Origin: Acidobacteriota bacterium
Lineage (GTDB): Bacteria; Acidobacteriota; Blastocatellia; Pyrinomonadales; Pyrinomonadaceae
Assembly: GCA_003223935.1 (NCBI GenBank)
Contig: QHXQ01000039.1
Coordinates: 2,535-66,534 of the forward strand
Length of the DNA stretch: 64,000 bases
Direction of reading: 5' to 3'
A program made the position numbers and the translations under genes. The notes under the pieces are model-generated. The model did no database searches and was not told the origin of the DNA. It was given only the letters and a program-made list of their open reading frames with translations. Below, piece after piece: positions 52,129 to 60,522 of this stretch. The number at the start of each line of letters is the position of its first letter. Position 1 is the first letter of the stretch.

Positions 52129-52371
52129 ATGGAGATCAATCTTCTGCTCACACTCGATCTGCGCGAGCAAGCGGCGTTGCAAGCGGCGCTCGTGACGCAC
52201 GGCGCGCCGGATCATCTGGTCACGCTGGCGCTCACCGGCGCGTGTCGCATTCAGACGCTCGCGGAAGCGCGCCGCTTGCGTCTCTGGTTGGTCGAAGCGC
52301 GTGCGGCGGGCGGCGCAGACTTCGCCGCGTGCGATGTGATCGAGCAGGCGCTCGCGCGCTTCGGCGTGTGA
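52129..52371 (+). CDS. Hypothetical 80-aa protein
   Basis: The ATG ORF lies directly between the palindrome and the larA-like gene, and its stop abuts the next gene's RBS. The composition (Ala/Leu-rich) is plausible for this genome. No recognisable domain. Confidence 0.4.
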   Translation: MEINLLLTLDLREQAALQAALVTHGAPDHLVTLALTGACRIQTLAEARRLRLWLVEARAAGGADFAACDVIEQALARFGV

Positions 52372-52383
52372 GTGAGGAGCGTC

Positions 52384-53652
52384 ATGGCGCAGATCGAACT
52401 CGGTTACGGGCGCGGGGCGCGAGTGGCGTTTGCGTATGATGAAGCGCGCTTCGCATTGCTTGCGCCGGCAGAAACGGAAGCGTTGCAGCCGTTGTCGGAT
52501 GCAGAACTGGGCGCGTTGATTGATGATCCGTTTGATGCGCAGCCGCTCGAAGAGTGCATCAGCCCCGGCGAGAGCGTGCTGGTCGTCGTCTCGGACGCGA
52601 CGCGCGCAACCGCGAGCGCGCAAGTCGTCCACTTGCTCGCGCGCCGTTTAATTCAACTCGGCGTCGCGCCGTCGGACTTGCGGATCATCTTCGCCACCGG
52701 CATACATCGCCCCGTCACCGCGCAAGAGAAGAACGAACTGCTCACGCCCTTCATCACGCAGCGCCTGCGCACGCTCGATCACGATGCGAATGATCCGGCG
52801 CAACACGTCCAACTCGGTGTGACCGAGCACGGCACACCCATCGAACTTAACCGCGCGCTCGTCGAACACGATCACGTCATTCTCACCGGCGCGATCTGTT
52901 TCCATTACTTCGCGGGCTTCACGGGCGGGCGCAAGAGCATCTGTCCCGGTCTCGCCTCGGCGCGCACGATTGCCGCGACGCACCTTCAGGCGCTCGACAC
53001 AGAGCGCGGCGGCCGACGCGCGGGCGTCGGCACGGGCCGGCTCGACGGCAACGCGGTGCATGAAGAGTGCGAACGTGTGGCGGCCGAGGTTGCGCCTTCG
53101 TTTCTGCTGAACACGGTGGTTGACGAACGCGGGCGCGCGGTGAAGTTGTACGCGGGCCACTGGCGCACGGCGCACCGACTCGCGTGCGCCGAGTATGCGG
53201 CCGCACACACGCTCAAGATCGCGGAGCGGCGTCCGCTCGTCATCGTCAGTTGCGGTGGCGCGCCTTACGACATCAACCTGATTCAAGCGCACAAAGCGCT
53301 CGACATGGCCGCGCATGCTTGCACGGACGGCGGCGCGATCATCCTGCTCGCCGCATGTCCCGACGGCACTGGGCGCGCAGACTTCCTGCAATGGTTCGAC
53401 GCCGCCGACTCGCGCGCCCTCGCCGCGCGCCTGCTCGATGCTTACGCCGTCAACGGTCAGACCGCTTGGGCGCTCCTCACCAAAGCCGAACGCTTCCACG
53501 TCCAACTCGTCTCACAACTCGCCGATAAGGACGCACGCCACATGCGCCTCCAACCTGCACGCACGCTCGCCGAAGCACTCGCTCGCGTGGACGCACACGC
53601 GCACGGCTACATCATGCCGCTCGGCGCACGCTACCTGCCCGTCGTAGAGTGA
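52384..53652 (+). CDS. LarA-like lactate racemase domain (DUF2088) protein
   Basis: I place the start at ATG 52384 after a GAGGAG RBS. Motifs: VVVSDATRAT, IFATGIHRPVT, FHYFAGFTGGRKSICPGLA and GNAVHEE, typical of the nickel-pincer LarA family from memory. Confidence 0.75.
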   Translation: MAQIELGYGRGARVAFAYDEARFALLAPAETEALQPLSDAELGALIDDPFDAQPLEECISPGESVLVVVSDATRATASAQVVHLLARRLIQLGVAPSDLRIIFATGIHRPVTAQEKNELLTPFITQRLRTLDHDANDPAQHVQLGVTEHGTPIELNRALVEHDHVILTGAICFHYFAGFTGGRKSICPGLASARTIAATHLQALDTERGGRRAGVGTGRLDGNAVHEECERVAAEVAPSFLLNTVVDERGRAVKLYAGHWRTAHRLACAEYAAAHTLKIAERRPLVIVSCGGAPYDINLIQAHKALDMAAHACTDGGAIILLAACPDGTGRADFLQWFDAADSRALAARLLDAYAVNGQTAWALLTKAERFHVQLVSQLADKDARHMRLQPARTLAEALARVDAHAHGYIMPLGARYLPVVE

Positions 53653-53728
53653 TAAAAGATTTAGCGCAGCGCGCAGGTCTGTAGCGGCGTGGCTGGCCCT
53701 TGTCCCCTGATTTACCGTCTGGAAATGG

Positions 53729-54148
53729 TACAAACGGGGCAAGAAAAGGCGTTTTTGCCCATTTCGCAGGGGCAAACAGGGTTTCGTTACGAGCATTTGA
53801 GGTTTCATTTGGAGCAAACGGAGTTCCGTTAGGAGCAAACGAACATCCAAACAGACCAAACGGAACTTCGTTTGGAGCAAACGGAACTCCAAACAGACCA
53901 AACGAATGTTCGTTTGCTCCAAATGAAACCCCAAACAGAGCAAACGGAACTTCAAACAGAGCATTTGGAGTTTCGTTTGCGCCTAACGGAACTCCAAATG
54001 CTCGAAACGGAACCCCGTTTGCTCGTAACGAACCTGCAAAAGCTCTTAACGAACGTCCGGCAAGAGCAAACGAACTCCCGTTCTCGCTAAAAGTGAGAAA
54101 ATTGAGGTTCAAAGTGAGACCGATGAGGTGCAAAGCGAGACCGACGCC
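53729..54148. repeat. Array of ~20 phase-locked degenerate 21-bp repeats with internal CAAACG/CGTTTG dyads
   Basis: The region splits by hand into consecutive 21-mers with no phase slip, e.g. agcaaacggagttccgttagg, agcaaacgaacatccaaacag, accaaacggaacttcgtttgg, agcaaacggaactccaaacag, accaaacgaatgttcgtttgc, tccaaatgaaaccccaaacag, agcaaacggaacttcaaacag, agcatttggagtttcgtttgc. It decays at both ends. Several overlapping track 'ORFs' on both strands span it. Confidence 0.85.
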
Positions 54149-54185
54149 GCTTCGAGCGCGAATCATCGCACTTTTGGCCCAGTCT

Positions 54186-54367
54186 GCCGCGCGAGCGGCA
54201 CTTGAATTTAGCCCGGCGTTTCAACGCCGGGAAAACGTAACCAAACCGCCGCGTCGCGGCAGCGACGCCTGAACCGGCGCGCACAATTCAGGCGTCGCGC
54301 GAGCGACGCCGGGCATATTCATCGTTCTGTTCCCGGCGTTGAAACGCCGGGCTAAATTCAAGTGCCG
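54186..54367. repeat. 182-bp nested palindrome with perfect 46-bp inverted arms (MITE/REP-like)
   Basis: Arm 54186..54231 (gccgcgcgagcggcacttgaatttagcccggcgtttcaacgccggg) is the exact reverse complement of 54322..54367. Each arm holds its own hairpin (cccggcg-tttcaa-cgccggg). The centre holds a second imperfect inverted repeat (gcgtcgc..gacgcctgaa / ttcaggcgtc..gcgacgc). Confidence 0.85.
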
Positions 54368-54431
54368 CTCGCGCGGCGGGTTTGTGCGCAGCCTTCAATG
54401 CCAAGTAGCGGACATTAATTGCGGCCGTGGC

Positions 54432-54758
54432 TTAACGGCGCTTGCTGCGGGCGGGCGATTTGCGCCGCACGCCTGCACTCTGCGCCCGACTTGGCAACTT
54501 ATCGGGCAAGTCCAATTCATCATCAATCAAAACGTCAGTCGAAATCCCCGCCAGCTTCGCGTAAGCCAACAAGACAGGTAGCGGCGGTTCACCCGTCCCT
54601 AACTCGTAGTTTGAGATTCTGTGGTATGCAATCACGTCCGCGAATCCCAAACGCTTGAGCAGGTCGGTTTGAGACAGACCAAGAGTCAAGCGAATCTGGC
54701 GCAACTTCTCAGCCAGACGCTTCGGCTTAATCCGCGCTGCCGCTCCCATCAAGTACAC
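54432..54758 (-). CDS. XRE family helix-turn-helix transcriptional regulator
   Basis: 108 aa. HTH_3 core: LAEKLRQIRLTLGLSQTDLLKRLGF...ISNYELGTGEPPLPVLLAYAKLAGISTDVLIDDEL. Confidence 0.85.
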   Translation of the reverse strand: MYLMGAAARIKPKRLAEKLRQIRLTLGLSQTDLLKRLGFADVIAYHRISNYELGTGEPPLPVLLAYAKLAGISTDVLIDDELDLPDKLPSRAQSAGVRRKSPARSKRR

Positions 54759-55033
54759 CCTCCCGATGGAATGGACGGCGGATTTAGCTTGCTTCTATGC
54801 GGGATTCCGCATAAACTATGGTTGCGTAACCTATTCGCCGTGAGTATGAACCTCTCATGCTCAACGGCGGCGCTCATTACTCCCTTGAGATTGAGGCCGA
54901 GTTACGCATCCGACCGTTGCCTAATTTTCAAAGACTAGAACGCGGGCATGATAGCAAACCACGCGCCCGCCTGAATACCTGAATGTGTGATAATCTCACC
55001 AATTTACGCTGTCTCTTAAGTGGCCGTCACCGG

Positions 55034-55318
55034 ATGCCGATCTATCGTTATAAAGTCCTCTACGTCGGCACGAATCACGCCTTAGCCGCTTGGCTCAAGA
55101 CTGCGCTTGCAGCCAGAGATTGCTTCCTTGACTACTGCCCCGCCGCTTGGCTCGCGCGATCCCTGTTAGAGCACGACATTTATTACTCGCTCTGCTTGTT
55201 CGATGAACTACCCGATGCGACAGGGGCCGAGTTGGCCGCCTTTACCCGCACGTTAGCAAATCGTCAGAGTGTGCCGCTCATCCTTGTCAAAGCACTGATT
55301 AAGGATGAGGCGGCTTAA
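55034..55318 (+). CDS. Small receiver-like (degenerate REC) protein
   Basis: I place the start at ATG 55034 inside ORF 54983..55318. MPIYRYKVLYVGTNHALAAWLKTAL...YSLCLFDELPDATGAELAAFTRTL...VPLILV follows a REC beta-alpha pattern, but the N-terminal acidic pair is missing and the domain is short (94 aa). Confidence 0.45.
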   Translation: MPIYRYKVLYVGTNHALAAWLKTALAARDCFLDYCPAAWLARSLLEHDIYYSLCLFDELPDATGAELAAFTRTLANRQSVPLILVKALIKDEAA

Positions 55319-55501
55319 CTTCTGCCGGCCACTTAGACGCCAGTGCACATGTCCCCGATTTGCAAAATCTATTGCGCTTTCAAAACGAAGCGCCAGAGAA
55401 AACCTTGCGCATCCGTCGCCGCGTGGCATAATGCACGGCACTGGCCCGGGCGCGCTCGATGCAAGCGCGTTTGAAAATTGATGACAAAGAGGAGCATAGA
55501 C

Positions 55502-56158
55502 GTGAAAGCAGGAAGCAGCGTGTGTTGGCTGATCGTGTTCGTCTGTTTGTCTGTCGTTAGTGTGCGCGCGCAGCAGCCGACGGCGAATACGGCGGGCGTA
55601 ACGAACGAGCCGCGCGTGGGGTTGAGCGAAGCGGCGTCGGCGTTCGATGTGGCGGGGCGCGAGGCGCTCGGCGGGCACCTGCGCACGACGCAACTTGCGG
55701 GCACGCAGGATGCGCCGGTGCGCAATGTGCTGATCGTCGTCGAGAATCGCAGTCAGTTCTTCTACAACTACGTCTCAGGCTACGCGACGTTCTATGGCAA
55801 CGACGGCGTGCGTTGCGGCGAAGGTTTGTGGAAGGCTGACGCGCTCGCGCCGGGCGAGTCGGCGGAAGTTGATGCGCCGAGCTTGCGTCTGACCTGCACG
55901 CCGACGAGTTGGCGGCTCTCGGCGCTGAATCTGTTGACCCGCACGACCGACGTGGCCAAACCGGCCGCGGCCGCGTCTGCGCCAAACGCTGCAACGCCGC
56001 CCGCAAGTGAAACGTCGCCGACGAGCGCACCGCCGCCTACTGCGCAAAGGCTTGAGATCAACATCAACGGCAAGACGTTGCCGTTGCAACTCGGCAATCC
56101 GATTGATGTGGTCGTCGGCAAAGAGCGCATGCTGATCGTCGTCCAGCCCGCGCCTTAA
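55502..56158 (+). CDS. Secreted hypothetical protein
   Basis: I place the start at GTG 55502, 7 nt after an AGAGGAG RBS (track start TTG 55478). Signal peptide: VKAGSSVCWLIVFVCLSVVSVRAQQ. Ala/Pro-rich linker near the C-terminus. I recognise no domain. Confidence 0.6.
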   Translation: MKAGSSVCWLIVFVCLSVVSVRAQQPTANTAGVTNEPRVGLSEAASAFDVAGREALGGHLRTTQLAGTQDAPVRNVLIVVENRSQFFYNYVSGYATFYGNDGVRCGEGLWKADALAPGESAEVDAPSLRLTCTPTSWRLSALNLLTRTTDVAKPAAAASAPNAATPPASETSPTSAPPPTAQRLEININGKTLPLQLGNPIDVVVGKERMLIVVQPAP

Positions 56159-56270
56159 AGTTCGCGACTCGCGCGCTGATGACTTTGATCTATGTCCTGT
56201 GCACGTTACACTGTTAGTCACACACAGCCCCCAACAACTTAAGGGTTCGTTGAGCAAGGAGTAAGACGTC

Positions 56271-56423
56271 ATGGCAGACGACAACGCGCGCAAGTGCAAA
56301 CACGGCGGCTGTAGCTGCACGGTCTCAGGCGACAGCGACTATTGCAGCGAATACTGCGAGAACGCACACAAGAGCGGCGTCACAGAGATCGGCTGCGGCT
56401 GCGAACACGATCCTTGCCGCTAA
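56271..56423 (+). CDS. Bacterial metallothionein-like Cys/His-rich micro-protein (SmtA/BmtA-like)
   Basis: Not in the track (50 aa). AAGGAG RBS at 56257, ATG at 56271. Hand translation: MADDNARKCKHGGCSCTVSGDSDYCSEYCENAHKSGVTEIGCGCEHDPCR, with 8 Cys and 3 His. The pattern CxHxxCxC...YCSxxC...H...CxCxHxxC resembles SmtA (KCACEPCLC...YYCSEACADGH...CGHTGCNC, from memory). Followed by a hairpin terminator. Confidence 0.7.
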   Translation: MADDNARKCKHGGCSCTVSGDSDYCSEYCENAHKSGVTEIGCGCEHDPCR

Positions 56424-56447
56424 CTGCAACTCAAGCCGCAACTAAAG

Positions 56448-56482
56448 CGACCCGCGATGATTCTGAGCATGGAGCATCGCGG
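56448..56482 (+). terminator. Hairpin terminator after the metallothionein-like ORF
   Basis: acccgcgatg (56448..56457) pairs with catcgcgggt (56473..56482), a 10-bp stem, followed by tcagcTTTc (a weak U-tract). Confidence 0.45.
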
Positions 56483-56502
56483 GTTCAGCTTTCAAATATC
56501 TG

Positions 56503-56532
56503 TTGACAGTGCCTTCCGACCAAGCGTACAGT
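56503..56532 (+). promoter_or_regulatory. Candidate sigma70-type promoter upstream of the large OMP gene
   Basis: TTGACA (56503..56508), an 18-nt spacer, then TACAGT (56527..56532). It would give a ~180-nt leader before ATG 56713. Motif match only. Confidence 0.3.
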
Positions 56533-56712
56533 CTGCGCGCACTAACACGAACGCCGCTTCGGCTAGCGCATGAAACCTTGCAGGCATAAGCCCGGCTTTT
56601 CCTCTCGTTCAATTGTCTTGAGTGTGCTGTGATTCAGCGAGCACGGCTTATCAGTTCGCTGCTCAGCGCACCGTCAACGGTTTTGCCGAAACCCTTCACA
56701 TGAGGGAGAATT

Positions 56713-59700
56713 ATGAATCGCTCTCCGGCGCTCCGCCCAATCGCACTTCTCTTCACCTTGCTCGTCATGCACCCATTGCTCTGGCCCGCTCGCACACGTG
56801 CGCAAGACACTGTGACCGGAGCTTTTGAAGGCACGGTCACAGACACGCAGACGGGCGCAGCCATCGCGGGCGCAACGGTCGAGGTCATCAACCAGCAGAC
56901 CGGACTGACCTTTACGCTACGGTCGGATGCACGCGGGCGCTTCTATCAAGGACTGCTCGCGCCCGGCATCTACTTGATCCGTGTTTCGCATGCGGGCTAC
57001 AGCACCGCAGAAGTTTTGCAGCGCCTGCTGATCACGCGCGCCGGCGAAGTCGTGCCCGTGCCCGTCGGGCTTGAGCCGGTTGGCCCAACACCTATCGCTA
57101 CGCCAACGCCGAGCGTTAATCCGCCGCCGGCTGCGACGCCAATCGCGCCCCCTTTGAGCGTCGAGGAGACTGAGATTCGCGCGCAGCTTTCCGCTAAGGA
57201 CGGCCGACGTAGCGGCTCGTTCACAGACGTTGACCTTGTGACTTTGCCGCTCGGTTCAGTCACGCTGACGCGCACGTTCGACGAGTTGGCGCTCTTGCTG
57301 CCCGGTGTTGCGCCGCCGCCGCAGACCATCGGCAACGGCTCAGGCCCCGGCGTCGGCGCGGGCGTCGGCTCGGCCGGACAGTTCGCCATCAACGGCTTGC
57401 GCTCGCGCGCCAACAACTTCACGGTTGACGGTTCGGACAATAACGACGAAGACATCGGTGTGCGCCGACAAGGCTTCGTCGCGTTGAACTCGCAGCCCAT
57501 CGAGTCTGTGCAGGAGTATCAGATCATCACGCTCTTAGCGCCCGCGCAGTTTGGGCGCAACATCGGCGCGCAAGTCAACGCGGTCTCCAAATCAGGCGGC
57601 AGCGCGACGCACGGCACGCTCTACGGTTTCTTCAACTCCAGTCAGTTGAACGCGCGCAATGCGTTCGATACGACGAACGGCACGGCCCGCACGCCCTTGC
57701 GTGTGGGCAATCAAGCGGTGCTCTTAGATAATCAGCCGCTCGTGGTCCAGAATCAGAGCGGCGGCAAAGATTCGTTCACGCTCGGGCAAGCCGGGTTCGT
57801 GCTCGGCGGCCCGATCAAACCGCGCCGCCTCTTCTACTTCATCGCGGCGGAAGGCGAGCGGACGATTGCCAGTCAAGAGGCGAGTTTCGCCGTGCCGACG
57901 GTCGAGCAACGCGGCCTGTTTCGGACGGGCGCGACCGGCCTCTTCCGCGACCCCTTCACCGGCAATCTGATCATAGACGAGGACACGAACAATCCGACCG
58001 TGGCCGTGCCCAGCACGCGCAACGGCTCCGCAATCTTCAGTCTCTTCCCGTTTCCCAACAACCCGCAAGGCGTCTATGGCCCGAACACCTTCACGCAAGT
58101 TTTGCCGGCGAGCGGGCAAGGCAAAATTCTGTCGGCGAAGCTTGACGGCAACTTCAAATACAAGGGGCGGCAACAGGCCATCACCGAACGCTACAACTTC
58201 ACGGACGACTTTCGGATCATTCCGGTCACAGGCGGCGCGCTCTTCTCCTCCTTGCGCCCGCGCGTGCGCACGCAGAACAACTCCTTCTTCCTGAACAGCG
58301 AATTAAGCGCGCTCAACTCTGCGCGCCCCATGTTCAATCAAGTGCGCTTGTCTTACGGGCGCACGCGCCTCGTCTTCGACGAGATACGCGACCGCAATTT
58401 CTTAGTGCCCAGCGCACGCCTGCCGAACGCACCGTTTCTGTTGAATGCGCCGCTCCTGCTGAACGCGACCACGCCGCCCGCGCCGGGGCAACCCAACACC
58501 GGCCCCGTCACCTTCGTCCGCGACCCGTCCGTCCCCACAGTCGAGCAAGAGATCGGCCCGCTAGGCCAAGTCATCGTGGCGGGCTTCAGTCCCATCGGCG
58601 TTGATGTCTATAACTTTCCGCAGCAGCGTGTGAACAATACTTATCAGGTGGCCGACGAGTTGACGTGGCGCGTCGGCGCGCACAGCTTGGGCTTTGGTGC
58701 GGACATACGCCGCAGCGAACTCAACAGCGATCTGCCGCGCAACTCGCGCCCGCTCGCCACGTTCAACGGCGGCCCGCGCCTGATCTTTGAGAACGATGCG
58801 TTTCGCTTGCCCACGAGCAGCGACCTCAACCGCTTCATCCGCCCGGAAGACCTCGCGGCGCTCGGCGCGGCCAGCAATTTCTATCTGACGCTCAACACGA
58901 CGCAAGATGCGCGCAACAGCCTGCGTTATTATCAACTGAACTTCTACGGCCAAGACGCTTGGCGCGTTCGCCCGAACCTCTCGCTCTCTTATGGACTGCG
59001 CTACGAATACAACACGCCGGTGCGCGAACTGAATCGGCGCATCGAACAGACCTTCACCGATCCCAAGTTGAAGCTCGCGCCGGGCTTGCGCCAATTCATC
59101 GAAGGGCGCACGCGCATCTTCGAGCCTGATCGCAACAACTTCGCGCCGCGCGTCGGCTTCGCCTATTCGATCAGTCCGTTCGGCAAAGATCGGTTGACGG
59201 TCGTGCGCGGCGGTTACGGCGTCTTCTACGATCAGATTCTCGGCGCGGTCGTGAGCCAATCGCGCAACGTCTTCCCCACCTTTATCACGCTCAACTTCGG
59301 CGGGCTGAACGCCCAAGATCAGACGACCTCGCTGACCTTCTTCAATCCGGCGACGGTTAAGGTGTTCGCGCAGGGCGAAGATATTCCGCTCGTGCGGCCC
59401 GGCACGCTCAACAGCTTCAACCCGCGGCTTACGCTGGGTGATCTGATCGACCTCATCTCGGATAACTTTCCCAGTGCTCTCGGCGCGACGCTGCCCGCCC
59501 GCCGCCTCGTCACGCCCCTCGCGCATCACTACACGTTGACCTTCGAGCAGCAACTCAGTCGCAACCTGTTCTTCAGCGCCGCATACGTCGGTACGCAAGG
59601 TCGTCAACTGCTGCGCTTCACGACGCCCAACCTCGGCCCCGGCTCGACGCTCGTGCCCGTTGACCTACACGTGTTGACGCGCGACTTCATCATCCCCGAA

Positions 59701-60489
59701 GTGAACGGCCGGGTGCTGTCGCCGACGCGCCCCGTGAGCGGCGTCGGCGCGATCAATCGCTTCGAGACGAGCGCGAGTTCGCGTTATGACGCCTTGCAGT
59801 TGCAGATGCGCGGGCGCTTTCGCCGCACGCTGCAATATCAAATGAGCTACACGCTCTCGAAAGCGACCGACGACGTGTCGGACGTGTTCGATCTGGCCGG
59901 CGCTGCGGCTTTGCCGCAAGACAGTTTGACGCTCGCGGGCGAGCGCGGCCCCGCCAACTTCGACGCGCGCCATCGTTTCACATATCAGTTCATCTACGAC
60001 CTGCCGCGCCCGGCCCGACACGATGGCGCTTCAGGTCTGCTGCGCGACGGTTGGCAGATCGCAGGCACGGGTCGTTTTCAAACGGGGCAACCCTTCACGG
60101 TCAACTCGATCTTCGACGTGAACCTCGACGGCAATCTGACTGATCGCTTGAACACGACGAACGGCATCGTGGTCACGGGCAACCGCCGCCAACCCTTGCG
60201 TCTGGCCGTTGATCCGCTCACACTGTTGGCTCCGATTGGCCGGGATGGCAACGTCGGGCGCAACACGTTCCGCGCGGGCAATGTGCTCGAACTCGATATG
60301 ACCGTGCTGAAGCGTTTCGCCATCTCCGACCGGCAAAGCTTGACCCTGCGCATGGACATTTTTAATTTCATCAACCGCGCCAACTACGGCATCCCCGTCC
60401 GCTATCTCGAAGCGCCCGGCTTCGGGCAAGCGACCAACACCGTCACGCCGGGGCGGCGTGTCCAGTTAGCGCTAAAATATTCGTTCTAA
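56713..60489 (+). CDS. Large TonB-dependent-receptor-like outer membrane beta-barrel with N-terminal carboxypeptidase-regulatory-like domain
   Basis: 1258 aa. Signal peptide. CarboxypepD_reg fold: GAFEGTVTDTQTGAAIAGATVEVINQQTGLTFTLRSDARGRFYQGLLAPGIYLIRVSHAGYS. Plug-like region: FAINGLRSRANNFTVDGSDNND. Long alternating beta-strand region. C-terminal OMP signature: RRVQLALKYSF. Confidence 0.8.
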   Translation: MNRSPALRPIALLFTLLVMHPLLWPARTRAQDTVTGAFEGTVTDTQTGAAIAGATVEVINQQTGLTFTLRSDARGRFYQGLLAPGIYLIRVSHAGYSTAEVLQRLLITRAGEVVPVPVGLEPVGPTPIATPTPSVNPPPAATPIAPPLSVEETEIRAQLSAKDGRRSGSFTDVDLVTLPLGSVTLTRTFDELALLLPGVAPPPQTIGNGSGPGVGAGVGSAGQFAINGLRSRANNFTVDGSDNNDEDIGVRRQGFVALNSQPIESVQEYQIITLLAPAQFGRNIGAQVNAVSKSGGSATHGTLYGFFNSSQLNARNAFDTTNGTARTPLRVGNQAVLLDNQPLVVQNQSGGKDSFTLGQAGFVLGGPIKPRRLFYFIAAEGERTIASQEASFAVPTVEQRGLFRTGATGLFRDPFTGNLIIDEDTNNPTVAVPSTRNGSAIFSLFPFPNNPQGVYGPNTFTQVLPASGQGKILSAKLDGNFKYKGRQQAITERYNFTDDFRIIPVTGGALFSSLRPRVRTQNNSFFLNSELSALNSARPMFNQVRLSYGRTRLVFDEIRDRNFLVPSARLPNAPFLLNAPLLLNATTPPAPGQPNTGPVTFVRDPSVPTVEQEIGPLGQVIVAGFSPIGVDVYNFPQQRVNNTYQVADELTWRVGAHSLGFGADIRRSELNSDLPRNSRPLATFNGGPRLIFENDAFRLPTSSDLNRFIRPEDLAALGAASNFYLTLNTTQDARNSLRYYQLNFYGQDAWRVRPNLSLSYGLRYEYNTPVRELNRRIEQTFTDPKLKLAPGLRQFIEGRTRIFEPDRNNFAPRVGFAYSISPFGKDRLTVVRGGYGVFYDQILGAVVSQSRNVFPTFITLNFGGLNAQDQTTSLTFFNPATVKVFAQGEDIPLVRPGTLNSFNPRLTLGDLIDLISDNFPSALGATLPARRLVTPLAHHYTLTFEQQLSRNLFFSAAYVGTQGRQLLRFTTPNLGPGSTLVPVDLHVLTRDFIIPEVNGRVLSPTRPVSGVGAINRFETSASSRYDALQLQMRGRFRRTLQYQMSYTLSKATDDVSDVFDLAGAAALPQDSLTLAGERGPANFDARHRFTYQFIYDLPRPARHDGASGLLRDGWQIAGTGRFQTGQPFTVNSIFDVNLDGNLTDRLNTTNGIVVTGNRRQPLRLAVDPLTLLAPIGRDGNVGRNTFRAGNVLELDMTVLKRFAISDRQSLTLRMDIFNFINRANYGIPVRYLEAPGFGQATNTVTPGRRVQLALKYSF

Positions 60490-60522
60490 GTTTAGACCGA
60501 CGCAAAAGGAGAGCTGAGTCGT

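Noticed and set aside
53729-54148. Possible CRISPR array.
   Set aside because: The repeats are contiguous 21-mers with no intervening unique spacers, the units are degenerate, and no cas genes are in the window.
53700-54272. 190-aa + ORF (and 53612..54166-, 53512..53964-, 53872..54090+) as a heptad-repeat protein gene.
   Set aside because: Several overlapping ORFs on both strands are open only because the 21-bp unit lacks stop codons. The + ORF has no RBS and runs into the left arm of the palindrome. I treat the region as non-coding repeat DNA, while keeping decayed coding as a minor hypothesis in the findings.
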